IMG/VR virus record: IMGVR_UViG_3300012346_000561
Location: 142,358-156,904 of that record
DNA from: a virus
Taxonomy: Duplodnaviria; Heunggongvirae; Uroviricota; Caudoviricetes
Strand: one strand, 5' to 3'
DNA: 14,547 nucleotides
Within the stretch, counting starts at the first letter, position 1; the number at the start of each line of letters is the position of its first letter. Shown one piece after another: positions 1 to 6,319 of the stretch. A program made the position numbers and the translations under genes. The notes below the pieces were generated by a model. It saw nothing but the letters and a program-made list of their open reading frames with translations, was not told the origin of the DNA and did no database searches.

Positions 1-670
1 AAGCCTCTCTTGAATCTCCTGCTGGCATGAACCATACTTTTTCTTGAGGTATGTCTAGCATCTTAATGCAGTTCATAATCTCTTCTAATGCTTCTTGATC
101 CTCTCCATCCCATACTGGTTTTAGGTGGTAGTCAGAATGGTAAGCAATTGATTTAGACATTGCATCGTAGTTCAATCTTAACTTGTTGTGTTGTTTGATC
201 ATTTTTTCGTCCACAATGTCTCCTTGAGGTGTTGCAACGCCAACTTTAGGGACTGAATTCCTGAACTTAGGGGAGATTGATAATAGATTAATTGGGTAAT
301 CCGTTTCAAGAAAATGACTTCCTTCGGTCTCAATTGTAATGAAAATATTTCTTTCATGTGCAAAATGTGTTAATTCATTTACTAATGCTGGATGCATTGT
401 AGGTGATCCTCCTGTAAGCATCATCTCTGTGATGTGAGGATTCTTGTCGTACATGTCAATAATGTCTTGGAAACTGATATGTCCTTTCTCAGGATGAATA
501 CTTGTGTACCAAGAATCGCACCATCCACCATCACCAAACCAACATCTGTGAGTACAGCCTGTTGTTCTGATTACTACTGTTGGATAGCCTGCTCTACTTC
601 CTTCTGATTGTACTGCTGTATAAAGCTCTACAATTGGGAGTGTTTTATTATAATCTTCTATTCTTTTCAT
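1..670 (-). CDS. queE: 7-carboxy-7-deazaguanine synthase QueE-like radical SAM protein (3' end lies outside the window)
   Basis: Not in the ORF track because its stop is beyond position 1. Manual translation from ATG at 670: MKRIEDYNKTLPIVELYTAVQSEGSRAGYPTVVIRTTGCTHRCWFGDGGWCDSWYTSIHPEKG...MMLTGGSPTMH...ITIETEGS...LSISPKF...VWFMPAGDSREA. QueE hallmarks are Q-x-EG, R-x-x-GC, LTGG-x-P, IETxG, SPK and F-M-P. queD lies nearby. Confidence 0.9.
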   Translation of the reverse strand, partial: MKRIEDYNKTLPIVELYTAVQSEGSRAGYPTVVIRTTGCTHRCWFGDGGWCDSWYTSIHPEKGHISFQDIIDMYDKNPHITEMMLTGGSPTMHPALVNELTHFAHERNIFITIETEGSHFLETDYPINLLSISPKFRNSVPKVGVATPQGDIVDEKMIKQHNKLRLNYDAMSKSIAYHSDYHLKPVWDGEDQEALEEIMNCIKMLDIPQEKVWFMPAGDSREA

Positions 671-774
671 CTTCCTGTTATTTGTTTTATATACCTTTCT
701 ACCGCTACTACTTTTTGTCTTAGATCTAATTTAGAGTCTATTACATCCTGTAAGTATTTGTGAAACTCTTCCAT
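667..774 (-). CDS. small hypothetical protein, 35 aa (MEEFHKYLQDVIDSKLDLRQKVVAVERYIKQITGR)
   Basis: Manually found ORF that fills the gap between 782 and queE. Its TGA overlaps the queE ATG (ATGA), and it reads as an amphipathic helix. Confidence 0.65.
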   Translation of the reverse strand: MEEFHKYLQDVIDSKLDLRQKVVAVERYIKQITGR

Positions 775-781
775 TGTTAAA

Positions 782-976
782 TTAGGCTTCGCTACCATCT
801 TCTTCTTGGTTTTTTAAATCTTCACTTGATCTCATCATCTTAACTTTGTATGCATCAAGGTAGTATGATAGTACTCCTATTATTTCAAAATCAGAAAGTT
901 TCTTTGCTTTAAAGTTTGTTACAATACCTTCTTCTGTATCTGTTAAAGTAACTGTGAGTGTTTTTACCTTTGCCAT
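782..976 (-). CDS. hypothetical protein (about 64 aa, start MAKVKT)
   Basis: ORF track 782..1009. The ATG at 976 directly follows the upstream TAG (TAG-T-ATG) and avoids a 32-nt overlap, so it is the preferred start. Confidence 0.7.
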   Translation of the reverse strand: MAKVKTLTVTLTDTEEGIVTNFKAKKLSDFEIIGVLSYYLDAYKVKMMRSSEDLKNQEEDGSEA

Positions 977-977
977 A

Positions 978-1187
978 CTATCCGATATCGTAATGTTCCC
1001 AAATAGCATCGATATGCTCTCTTAACTTTTCCATAGCTGCTCTAGCTTCTTTACATAGTTGAACTAATTCCGGATCTTCTTCTCCGTCGTATCCGTAATT
1101 CTCTACCCAATATCCAAATCCTTGATTATCAATTTCTCCGAATAATTGTTCTGCTTCTTCTTCTGATAGTTTAATTTCTTTGCTCAT
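978..1187 (-). CDS. acidic hypothetical protein (about 69 aa, start MSKEIK)
   Basis: ORF track 978..1196. Tiles with its neighbours in the operon; the start position is uncertain (1187 or 1196). Confidence 0.7.
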   Translation of the reverse strand: MSKEIKLSEEEAEQLFGEIDNQGFGYWVENYGYDGEEDPELVQLCKEARAAMEKLREHIDAIWEHYDIG

Positions 1188-1722
1188 CTTTTTCAAAATT
1201 TATTGGTAATTCTATTTTATCTCCATTTGGTTTAGAATACACTGCATGTGTTGGCGTCAGTGTAAACTCCTGTCCTTTTAATGCTTCGATGTATCTATCA
1301 GCTGTTCCTGGTTGCAGGTATGCAATTGTAGCATGCGGATGGTAGTCAGGAAAGTTTGATGTATGTGGAAATTGTTTTAGTTTTGCATTTGCTGTATGAA
1401 GTCCTGGTCCTGATACATCGAATTTAAGTACGTCGTAGTCTGGATTATCAAATTTAGATATATTATATAATTTACATTCTCCGAATCTTAATTGATCTAA
1501 AACATTTTTTACATCCTCATCTGCTACTTCTTCATGTAAACCAAATAGAAGTGTTGTATGTGGTTCATCTTCTAAACCAAACGATCTATCACCTTCCTGT
1601 GTGTAGATATCTTTTGGATCTATCATATCCTGAATCTTATTCATCAGAGGAAAGTTGTAATATAACATTACACATCCGAAGTCAAACTTCTGTTCTGTCA
1701 GTAAATCTTTAAGCTTTATCAT
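1171..1722 (-). CDS. 2H phosphoesterase superfamily protein (2'-5' RNA ligase / T4 gp57B-Acb1-like)
   Basis: Two H-x-T motifs each followed by hydrophobic residues, PH55TT57LLFG and PH130AT132IAY, at the spacing typical of the 2H fold. Confidence 0.8.
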   Translation of the reverse strand: MIKLKDLLTEQKFDFGCVMLYYNFPLMNKIQDMIDPKDIYTQEGDRSFGLEDEPHTTLLFGLHEEVADEDVKNVLDQLRFGECKLYNISKFDNPDYDVLKFDVSGPGLHTANAKLKQFPHTSNFPDYHPHATIAYLQPGTADRYIEALKGQEFTLTPTHAVYSKPNGDKIELPINFEKDEQRN

Positions 1723-1942
1723 AGTCTTCGTTTATTTCTTTTATTAACTGCTCTAATTTAGCATACTCTTCCTCAGTATATTGAGAGTTGTAACATTTAA
1801 AAGTTGCTGTTGTATCGCTCCCTATTGTAAGGAGTACGTGATAGTCTTCTGTTATACCATTCGAATGTACTTGTTCGTAAGCTTTTTCTAAAACTTCAGA
1901 AGGAGTACTTATTGGCATTTGTATTACAAATATTGGCTTCAT
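1709..1942 (-). CDS. hypothetical protein, 77 aa
   Basis: ORF track; tiles between queD and the 2H gene; A-rich upstream context. Confidence 0.75.
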   Translation of the reverse strand: MKPIFVIQMPISTPSEVLEKAYEQVHSNGITEDYHVLLTIGSDTTATFKCYNSQYTEEEYAKLEQLIKEINEDYDKA

Positions 1943-1996
1943 TTTACTAATACGTAATTAACCTCTCCTGGAAAGGTTGTTGTTGTTGTCCAATAA

Positions 1997-2458
1997 CTAT
2001 TCTCCATAAGATGCTGAGTTTCTTTCGTGTTCGTAGACCTCTACCTTAGTAGCTCTTACTCTTCCGTTTGTTTCTTGTGATAAGAATGTATTAATTTTCT
2101 CGTATAAGAATTCTGCAAATCTTTCACATCCCACTGATGGAAGTACTCTTAATTGAATAACACCATCTTTGTCCATTTGTTTAAATGTATCCATGTAAGG
2201 ATCATCTTCAGCTACGATAGTTGTGTGGTCTAATAGGTAATCAAAAAATGCTTTAGGAGACATTCCTTCGATATCTCCGTTTGCTCTTTTCATTCCTCCG
2301 AAGTCCCATACCCAGTTTCTTTCGTCTAGCTCTCCTTCGAACCATACTCTGAATGATACTGCATATCCATGTAAGAATTTACAGTGTGTACCTTCTGCTT
2401 TCCATTGACGAAAACATGCTGAGTATCCGTCGAATAATTTTGTTGATTGAAATTTCAT
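1997..2458 (-). CDS. queD: 6-carboxy-5,6,7,8-tetrahydropterin synthase QueD / 6-PTPS family protein
   Basis: HCKFLHGY (C-x3-H-G-[H/Y]), WVWDFG, LDHTT, E-x-x-AE-F-L and V-E-V-Y-E-x-x-x-N-S-A match the T-fold PTPS/QueD pattern. queE is in the same operon. Confidence 0.85.
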   Translation of the reverse strand: MKFQSTKLFDGYSACFRQWKAEGTHCKFLHGYAVSFRVWFEGELDERNWVWDFGGMKRANGDIEGMSPKAFFDYLLDHTTIVAEDDPYMDTFKQMDKDGVIQLRVLPSVGCERFAEFLYEKINTFLSQETNGRVRATKVEVYEHERNSASYGE

Positions 2459-2461
2459 TTG

Positions 2462-2611
2462 TTAAAATATTAAATTGTAAATTGTTGTCCATATAGCAAT
2501 TGTTATAGCTCCTAATAGGATCCATACAAATGCCTTTGTGTAGTCTTTTTTAAATCTCTGTTTAGGCTTTATACCTAAAGCTTCTTTTACGTGATCGTTT
2601 ACCTGTCTCAT
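2462..2611 (-). CDS. small single-pass membrane protein, 49 aa (MRQVNDHVKEALGIKPKQRFKKDYTKAFVWILLGAITIAIWTTIYNLIF)
   Basis: Manually found ORF that fills the 2459-2634 gap. Basic N-terminus and a C-terminal hydrophobic helix; lies directly downstream of a promoter motif. Confidence 0.7.
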   Translation of the reverse strand: MRQVNDHVKEALGIKPKQRFKKDYTKAFVWILLGAITIAIWTTIYNLIF

Positions 2612-2614
2612 AAT

Positions 2615-2646
2615 TACAATATATGAAATATATTTTATGATTCCAA
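2615..2646 (-). promoter_or_regulatory. Bacteroidota-type promoter, variant copy (TTG-N20-TATATTGTA)
   Basis: Minus strand reads TTG-GAATCATAAAATATATTTCA-TATATTGTA. It has the same 20-nt spacer and TTTC-N-TATATT core as the other five copies. Confidence 0.6.
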
Positions 2647-2937
2647 ATTTTCTGGATAGTATTTTTCATACAACTCTGCTTCTTTTCTTCCACAATCATC
2701 ACACTGTATCCCTCTTCCGACTGTATTTAGTGCTTGATCGTAGCAACAAATCTGATCTAGTTCTTCCATTTCCTCCTCAGTAAGATCTGTTCGTTCTAAA
2801 TTCTCCCACCAATCTTTTCTTCCCCACTTATCAATCTTTGCTTCCATTTCAGGAACAGGAATGCACATTGTTATGAATCCGTGATAACAATTTTCTTTTT
2901 CTTCACCACAGTGGTGACATGTTTCTAGTTTTTTCAT
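2635..2937 (-). CDS. Cys-rich putative zinc-binding protein (about 100 aa, start MKKLETCHHC)
   Basis: CHHC near the N-terminus, CDDC near the C-terminus, plus four further Cys. The ATG at 2937 overlaps the upstream TGA (ATGA) and is preferred over the ORF-track start at 2985. Confidence 0.7.
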   Translation of the reverse strand: MKKLETCHHCGEEKENCYHGFITMCIPVPEMEAKIDKWGRKDWWENLERTDLTEEEMEELDQICCYDQALNTVGRGIQCDDCGRKEAELYEKYYPENLES

Positions 2938-3272
2938 TTCCAAAATAATTGAACCATCATTATTGCAAAAGCTAATCCAAGACATACAAGTGTCTTAAGT
3001 GTGAATGGTTCTTGGAACCACAAATGTGCCATATAGCTGAATACTATTGCTCCTATCGAGAAGCCCATCAATCTTGATGGCCACATCTCTCCTCCGAAAT
3101 GTGATACCATATATTTTACAGACATAATGTAAAGGAAAGAAATTGGCACACCCATTAACGAAACTGTCCATGGATGTTGCTTGAACCACTCCCATCTGAA
3201 CTGTCCTTGTAGTTGTACGAATGTAAGTATTTGTGCTAACACTCCAAAGCTAAAACCTATTATAAAATTCAT
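2934..3272 (-). CDS. 4-TM small membrane protein, SMR/DMT (EamA-half)-like
   Basis: Four hydrophobic segments in 112 aa. The C-terminal WFQEPFTLKTLVCLGL resembles the F-x-E-x-x-T-x-x-x-x-x-G-L motif before the last helix of DMT/SMR proteins. Confidence 0.6.
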   Translation of the reverse strand: MNFIIGFSFGVLAQILTFVQLQGQFRWEWFKQHPWTVSLMGVPISFLYIMSVKYMVSHFGGEMWPSRLMGFSIGAIVFSYMAHLWFQEPFTLKTLVCLGLAFAIMMVQLFWK

Positions 3273-3583
3273 ATGTACTGTAATAAAATGTAACTTATTT
3301 TGTATCCTGCGAATGCTCCTAGAGCTGAGGGTATTGGAAATACTATTAGTTTTCCTAAATCTGTAACGTATTTAGGTCTGTTCAGTAATCTGCCCATAAA
3401 GGCATAGTATGCTAGGTATCCTAGTAGAACTGCAATGTCTGTTCTTGTTGCAATGAATACAACTAGAGTTGCTCCAATAAAGGCAAAAGCAAAATTATCT
3501 CTCACTCCTTCCCAGATTTCTTTTGCGGTAGCATTTTTATACTCCTTAACTATTTTTCTTACTTTTGCTTTTGGTGCTTTCAT
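3269..3583 (-). CDS. hypothetical membrane protein, 104 aa
   Basis: Basic N-terminus followed by about 3 hydrophobic segments; tiles with thyA and the SMR-like gene. Confidence 0.75.
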   Translation of the reverse strand: MKAPKAKVRKIVKEYKNATAKEIWEGVRDNFAFAFIGATLVVFIATRTDIAVLLGYLAYYAFMGRLLNRPKYVTDLGKLIVFPIPSALGAFAGYKISYILLQYI

Positions 3584-3585
3584 TT

Positions 3586-4623
3586 TTAGTTGCTTAAAGG
3601 TGCTTTAATTGTTGGATGTGATTGATAATCAAATAACAATACATCTTCTATTGATGAGCAGTATATTCCATCCCTAACATGAACTGTTGGTAAATCAAAT
3701 CCTTCTCTTTGTATTTGTTCTTTTGCTTGTTCAATATGATTTGAATACAAATGAACATCTCCTAAATTACCAATCAATTGGTCAGGAACCATATTTACTT
3801 CATCTGCTAACATTTCTAATAACAATCCATAAGATGCAATGTTGAATGGTAAACCTAAGAATGTATCTACTGAACGTTGATTCCACATTAGAGAGATTGC
3901 TCTGGTTGGGATATTCTTTTCTTTTATAATTTCATAAACTCTATTCCTATCAGTTATTTGATTATTTAAAATTTCATCAGTTAATTCAAATGAATTTTTT
4001 ACATCAACTTGATACTCAATTATTTCTTCCAAACTCAACTCTCTTGTATAAACTTGAAATCCATAATGACAAGGTGGAAGAACCATTTGGTCTAATTCTC
4101 CAACATTCCAAGCATTAACCATCATTCGTCTTGAGTCTGGATTGTTGGTAAGGTCTGCGATAAGTCTACGTATTTGGTCATAGTAATGTACGTCATCAAA
4201 TACCTCACCTCCATTGGCCCATTTTCTCCATTGCTTACCGTAAATTGGACCTAAATCGCCCCACTTCTTAGCAAACTCATCATTTGTTTTAATAGTTTCA
4301 ATAAACTCTTCCATACCCATTGGGAAGTTTCCTTTGTACGTGTTCACATAGTTTTTAAAGGCATCACCATCCCAGATGTGACAATTGTTATCAACTAAGT
4401 ATTTTATGTTAGTATTGCCTTGTAAAAACCATAATAATTCAGTTACAATTGTTTTGAATGGCATTTTCTTAGTTGTAAGCAAAGGAAAACCATCCTTCAT
4501 GTTATGTCTGATAGTATAGCCGAAGATTGATTTTGTTCCTGTACCTGTTCTGTCTTTCTTATCAACACCATGTTCTAGTATGGTCTGAAGTAAGTCTGTG
4601 TATTGTTTATCTAATTTATTCAT
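3586..4623 (-). CDS. thyA: thymidylate synthase
   Basis: DRTGTGT, ELLWFL, WGDLGPIYGKQWR, PDSRR, LPPCH (catalytic Cys), NQRSVD and LGLPFNIASY (dUMP-specifying Asn) motifs. Confidence 0.97.
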   Translation of the reverse strand: MNKLDKQYTDLLQTILEHGVDKKDRTGTGTKSIFGYTIRHNMKDGFPLLTTKKMPFKTIVTELLWFLQGNTNIKYLVDNNCHIWDGDAFKNYVNTYKGNFPMGMEEFIETIKTNDEFAKKWGDLGPIYGKQWRKWANGGEVFDDVHYYDQIRRLIADLTNNPDSRRMMVNAWNVGELDQMVLPPCHYGFQVYTRELSLEEIIEYQVDVKNSFELTDEILNNQITDRNRVYEIIKEKNIPTRAISLMWNQRSVDTFLGLPFNIASYGLLLEMLADEVNMVPDQLIGNLGDVHLYSNHIEQAKEQIQREGFDLPTVHVRDGIYCSSIEDVLLFDYQSHPTIKAPLSN

Positions 4624-4927
4624 TTATTTCTTCTTGTATTGTTGGTTCAATTGTAGAGACTATTCCATAGATCATAGACTCACTTACCCATATATGAGGA
4701 TACTCTTCTCCTTCTCTCCAGTACATTTGATATGTTCCATCTGATGTATCAAAATCTTGTACAACAGCTTTTAGTGAATCTGGCTTTAGATAAAGTACAT
4801 CTCCTATATTATACACTGGGGTGTATGTGATTGGTTTTTGGAGTTCTTCTTCTCGTTTTCGTTCCTGTTCAGTTTTACAACTAATTAAAGTTGTAATAAG
4901 AATTAAAAATGTTATTAATTTATTCAT
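4616..4927 (-). CDS. putative lipoprotein, 103 aa
   Basis: MNK plus hydrophobic core plus lipobox LISC (Cys17), then a charged linker and a small beta-rich domain (YNIGDVLYLKP). Confidence 0.7.
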   Translation of the reverse strand: MNKLITFLILITTLISCKTEQERKREEELQKPITYTPVYNIGDVLYLKPDSLKAVVQDFDTSDGTYQMYWREGEEYPHIWVSESMIYGIVSTIEPTIQEEINE

Positions 4928-5111
4928 CCAAATACTTATTAAACATTTCTTTTGCTTTTTCTATATTGTCTTGATCCTCTTCCATTATAGTTAGAATAAT
5001 AAAATTGGCTTCTTCTTCAGTACATTTTTCAATTATGTCGATGTATACTTCTACATCAACTCCTAATTCTCCTGCGATGGCCATATCCATCATGTCAAAT
5101 AATCCTGCCAT
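4920..5111 (-). CDS. small acidic hypothetical protein, 63 aa
   Basis: ORF track; overlaps both neighbours in operon fashion. Confidence 0.7.
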   Translation of the reverse strand: MAGLFDMMDMAIAGELGVDVEVYIDIIEKCTEEEANFIILTIMEEDQDNIEKAKEMFNKYLDE

Positions 5112-5335
5112 TATTTCTCATTTAGTAAGTTATATCTCTTAATGTCTGCAACCAATTCAAATTTATCTCTAATATGAATATACTGGTAGTAAGGCATTCC
5201 TTCATCTTGTAATCTCTTTATATAGAGTCTTGCTAATCTATCAGCTTTAAGACACTGTACTAATGTCTCACATGAATTGATTACTTTCTCAATCCAAATT
5301 TCAATATCTACTGGTGTGTTACTTTCTGCTGCCAT
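5111..5335 (-). CDS. hypothetical protein, 74 aa
   Basis: ORF track; 1-nt TAATG overlaps with its neighbours. Confidence 0.75.
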   Translation of the reverse strand: MAAESNTPVDIEIWIEKVINSCETLVQCLKADRLARLYIKRLQDEGMPYYQYIHIRDKFELVADIKRYNLLNEK

Positions 5336-5553
5336 TATAGTCTGCTGAATTTTAATACTCTAGTTGCTTCTACTGCTTCTAGGAATTGTTTATGTGCTGA
5401 GTTCTGTGAAGGCTTTCTTCCAGTTGGAGTTGTTATTTTCTTTACTGCTTTAGGCTTTCCTTGCTCTCCCCAATGAATGAAATAATGTCCTTGATCTTTT
5501 ACAAATGCAATTTCATTTCCATTCACTGTCACTGTCAATAATGTTTTTACCAT
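5335..5553 (-). CDS. basic hypothetical protein, 72 aa
   Basis: ORF track; tiles in the operon. Confidence 0.75.
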   Translation of the reverse strand: MVKTLLTVTVNGNEIAFVKDQGHYFIHWGEQGKPKAVKKITTPTGRKPSQNSAHKQFLEAVEATRVLKFSRL

Positions 5554-5921
5554 TTTACTTTAACGTATAAATTGTCTAATATGTTTTGTTTTTTACCTCT
5601 GATTGTATCTTCAAGGTCTGCTCTTTGTTTTGATACTTCTTCTTTGATTCTCTGTACAGCACGCTCTGTCACCTTTGTATTAAGGTTAAGAGGGTAAATC
5701 TGTTTTGTATTAACAATTTCTGCTTTCTCTGTATCAATGATTAGGTCAAGGTGAAGGCAAGGTACTTGAATAAAGTATTTAGCTACATCTGGATCTTTAA
5801 GAGGTGTTTCTGCTTTAGGATGGTAAAGCAATTTAAGTATATTTCTATACCCTCTTAAATCTTCTGGTGTTAATTCATTTCTGAATTTCTTAGCGATCTT
5901 AATTTTAGTTCTTCTAAACAT
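5547..5921 (-). CDS. hypothetical protein, 124 aa
   Basis: ORF track; AAAGGTT-ATG start context shared with the promoter-proximal genes. Confidence 0.75.
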   Translation of the reverse strand: MFRRTKIKIAKKFRNELTPEDLRGYRNILKLLYHPKAETPLKDPDVAKYFIQVPCLHLDLIIDTEKAEIVNTKQIYPLNLNTKVTERAVQRIKEEVSKQRADLEDTIRGKKQNILDNLYVKVKW

Positions 5922-5926
5922 AACCT

Positions 5927-6265
5927 TTATTTTTTATTTAACCAATTATTAAACTCCTTTATTCTATCTGATGCTGTAAATCCTATATGAATTAAACCTC
6001 CTAATACTAATCCTGTTATTGCAAGTATTAATGTTATTGGAACTAACCATACCCAATAGTGATATCCTATAACAGGTGCTTCTTTATCGTATTTAGCATC
6101 TGACATTCTCCCAAAAAGAAAAAATGTAACCGGCACATTTATTAAAGTATAAATTCCTAATGCTACTTCTTCGTCCAGTGCCCAAATAAGAATAAATACT
6201 AGGACTACTAGTATATTCCAAAACCAAACACTATTTGGCGTATCTTTAAAGAACTGTTTTACCAT
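5927..6265 (-). CDS. hypothetical multi-pass membrane protein, 112 aa
   Basis: Three hydrophobic segments and a basic amphipathic tail (IKEFNNWLNKK); first gene after the promoter at 6288-6319. Confidence 0.8.
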   Translation of the reverse strand: MVKQFFKDTPNSVWFWNILVVLVFILIWALDEEVALGIYTLINVPVTFFLFGRMSDAKYDKEAPVIGYHYWVWLVPITLILAITGLVLGGLIHIGFTASDRIKEFNNWLNKK

Positions 6266-6287
6266 AACCTTTGCTTTTAAATTATAT

Positions 6288-6319
6288 CTAAATATAAGAA
6301 AAAAGACTCACATATGCAA
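6288..6319 (-). promoter_or_regulatory. Bacteroidota-type promoter (TTG-N20-TATATTTAG)
   Basis: Minus strand reads TTG-CATATGTGAGTCTTTTTTCT-TATATTTAG in an intergenic gap, 22 nt upstream of an ATG. Confidence 0.75.

Noticed and set aside
1943-1996. Possible preQ1 riboswitch (AGAGGUU resembles the start of a preQ1-I aptamer, and que genes flank it)
   Set aside because: There is no downstream complementary CCUCU arm and no A-rich 3' tail, so the preQ1-I pseudoknot cannot form. An Infernal scan would be the definitive test.
2995-3195. 66-aa minus-strand ORF in the track
   Set aside because: Nested in another frame inside the convincing 4-TM gene 2934..3272; no recognisable features.
3181-3366. 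61-aa plus-strand ORF
   Set aside because: Antisense shadow across two tiled minus-strand genes; no plus-strand promoter motif seen.
3904-4041. ThyA insertion as an intein or intron
   Set aside because: Short and in frame, with no Cys/Ser start, no His-Asn end and no homing endonuclease motif.
3586-4623. ThyA homolog as a dCMP hydroxymethylase or other base-modifying enzyme
   Set aside because: It retains LGLPFNIASY with Asn261 (the dUMP-specifying residue; dCMP enzymes have Asp) and all standard ThyA motifs.
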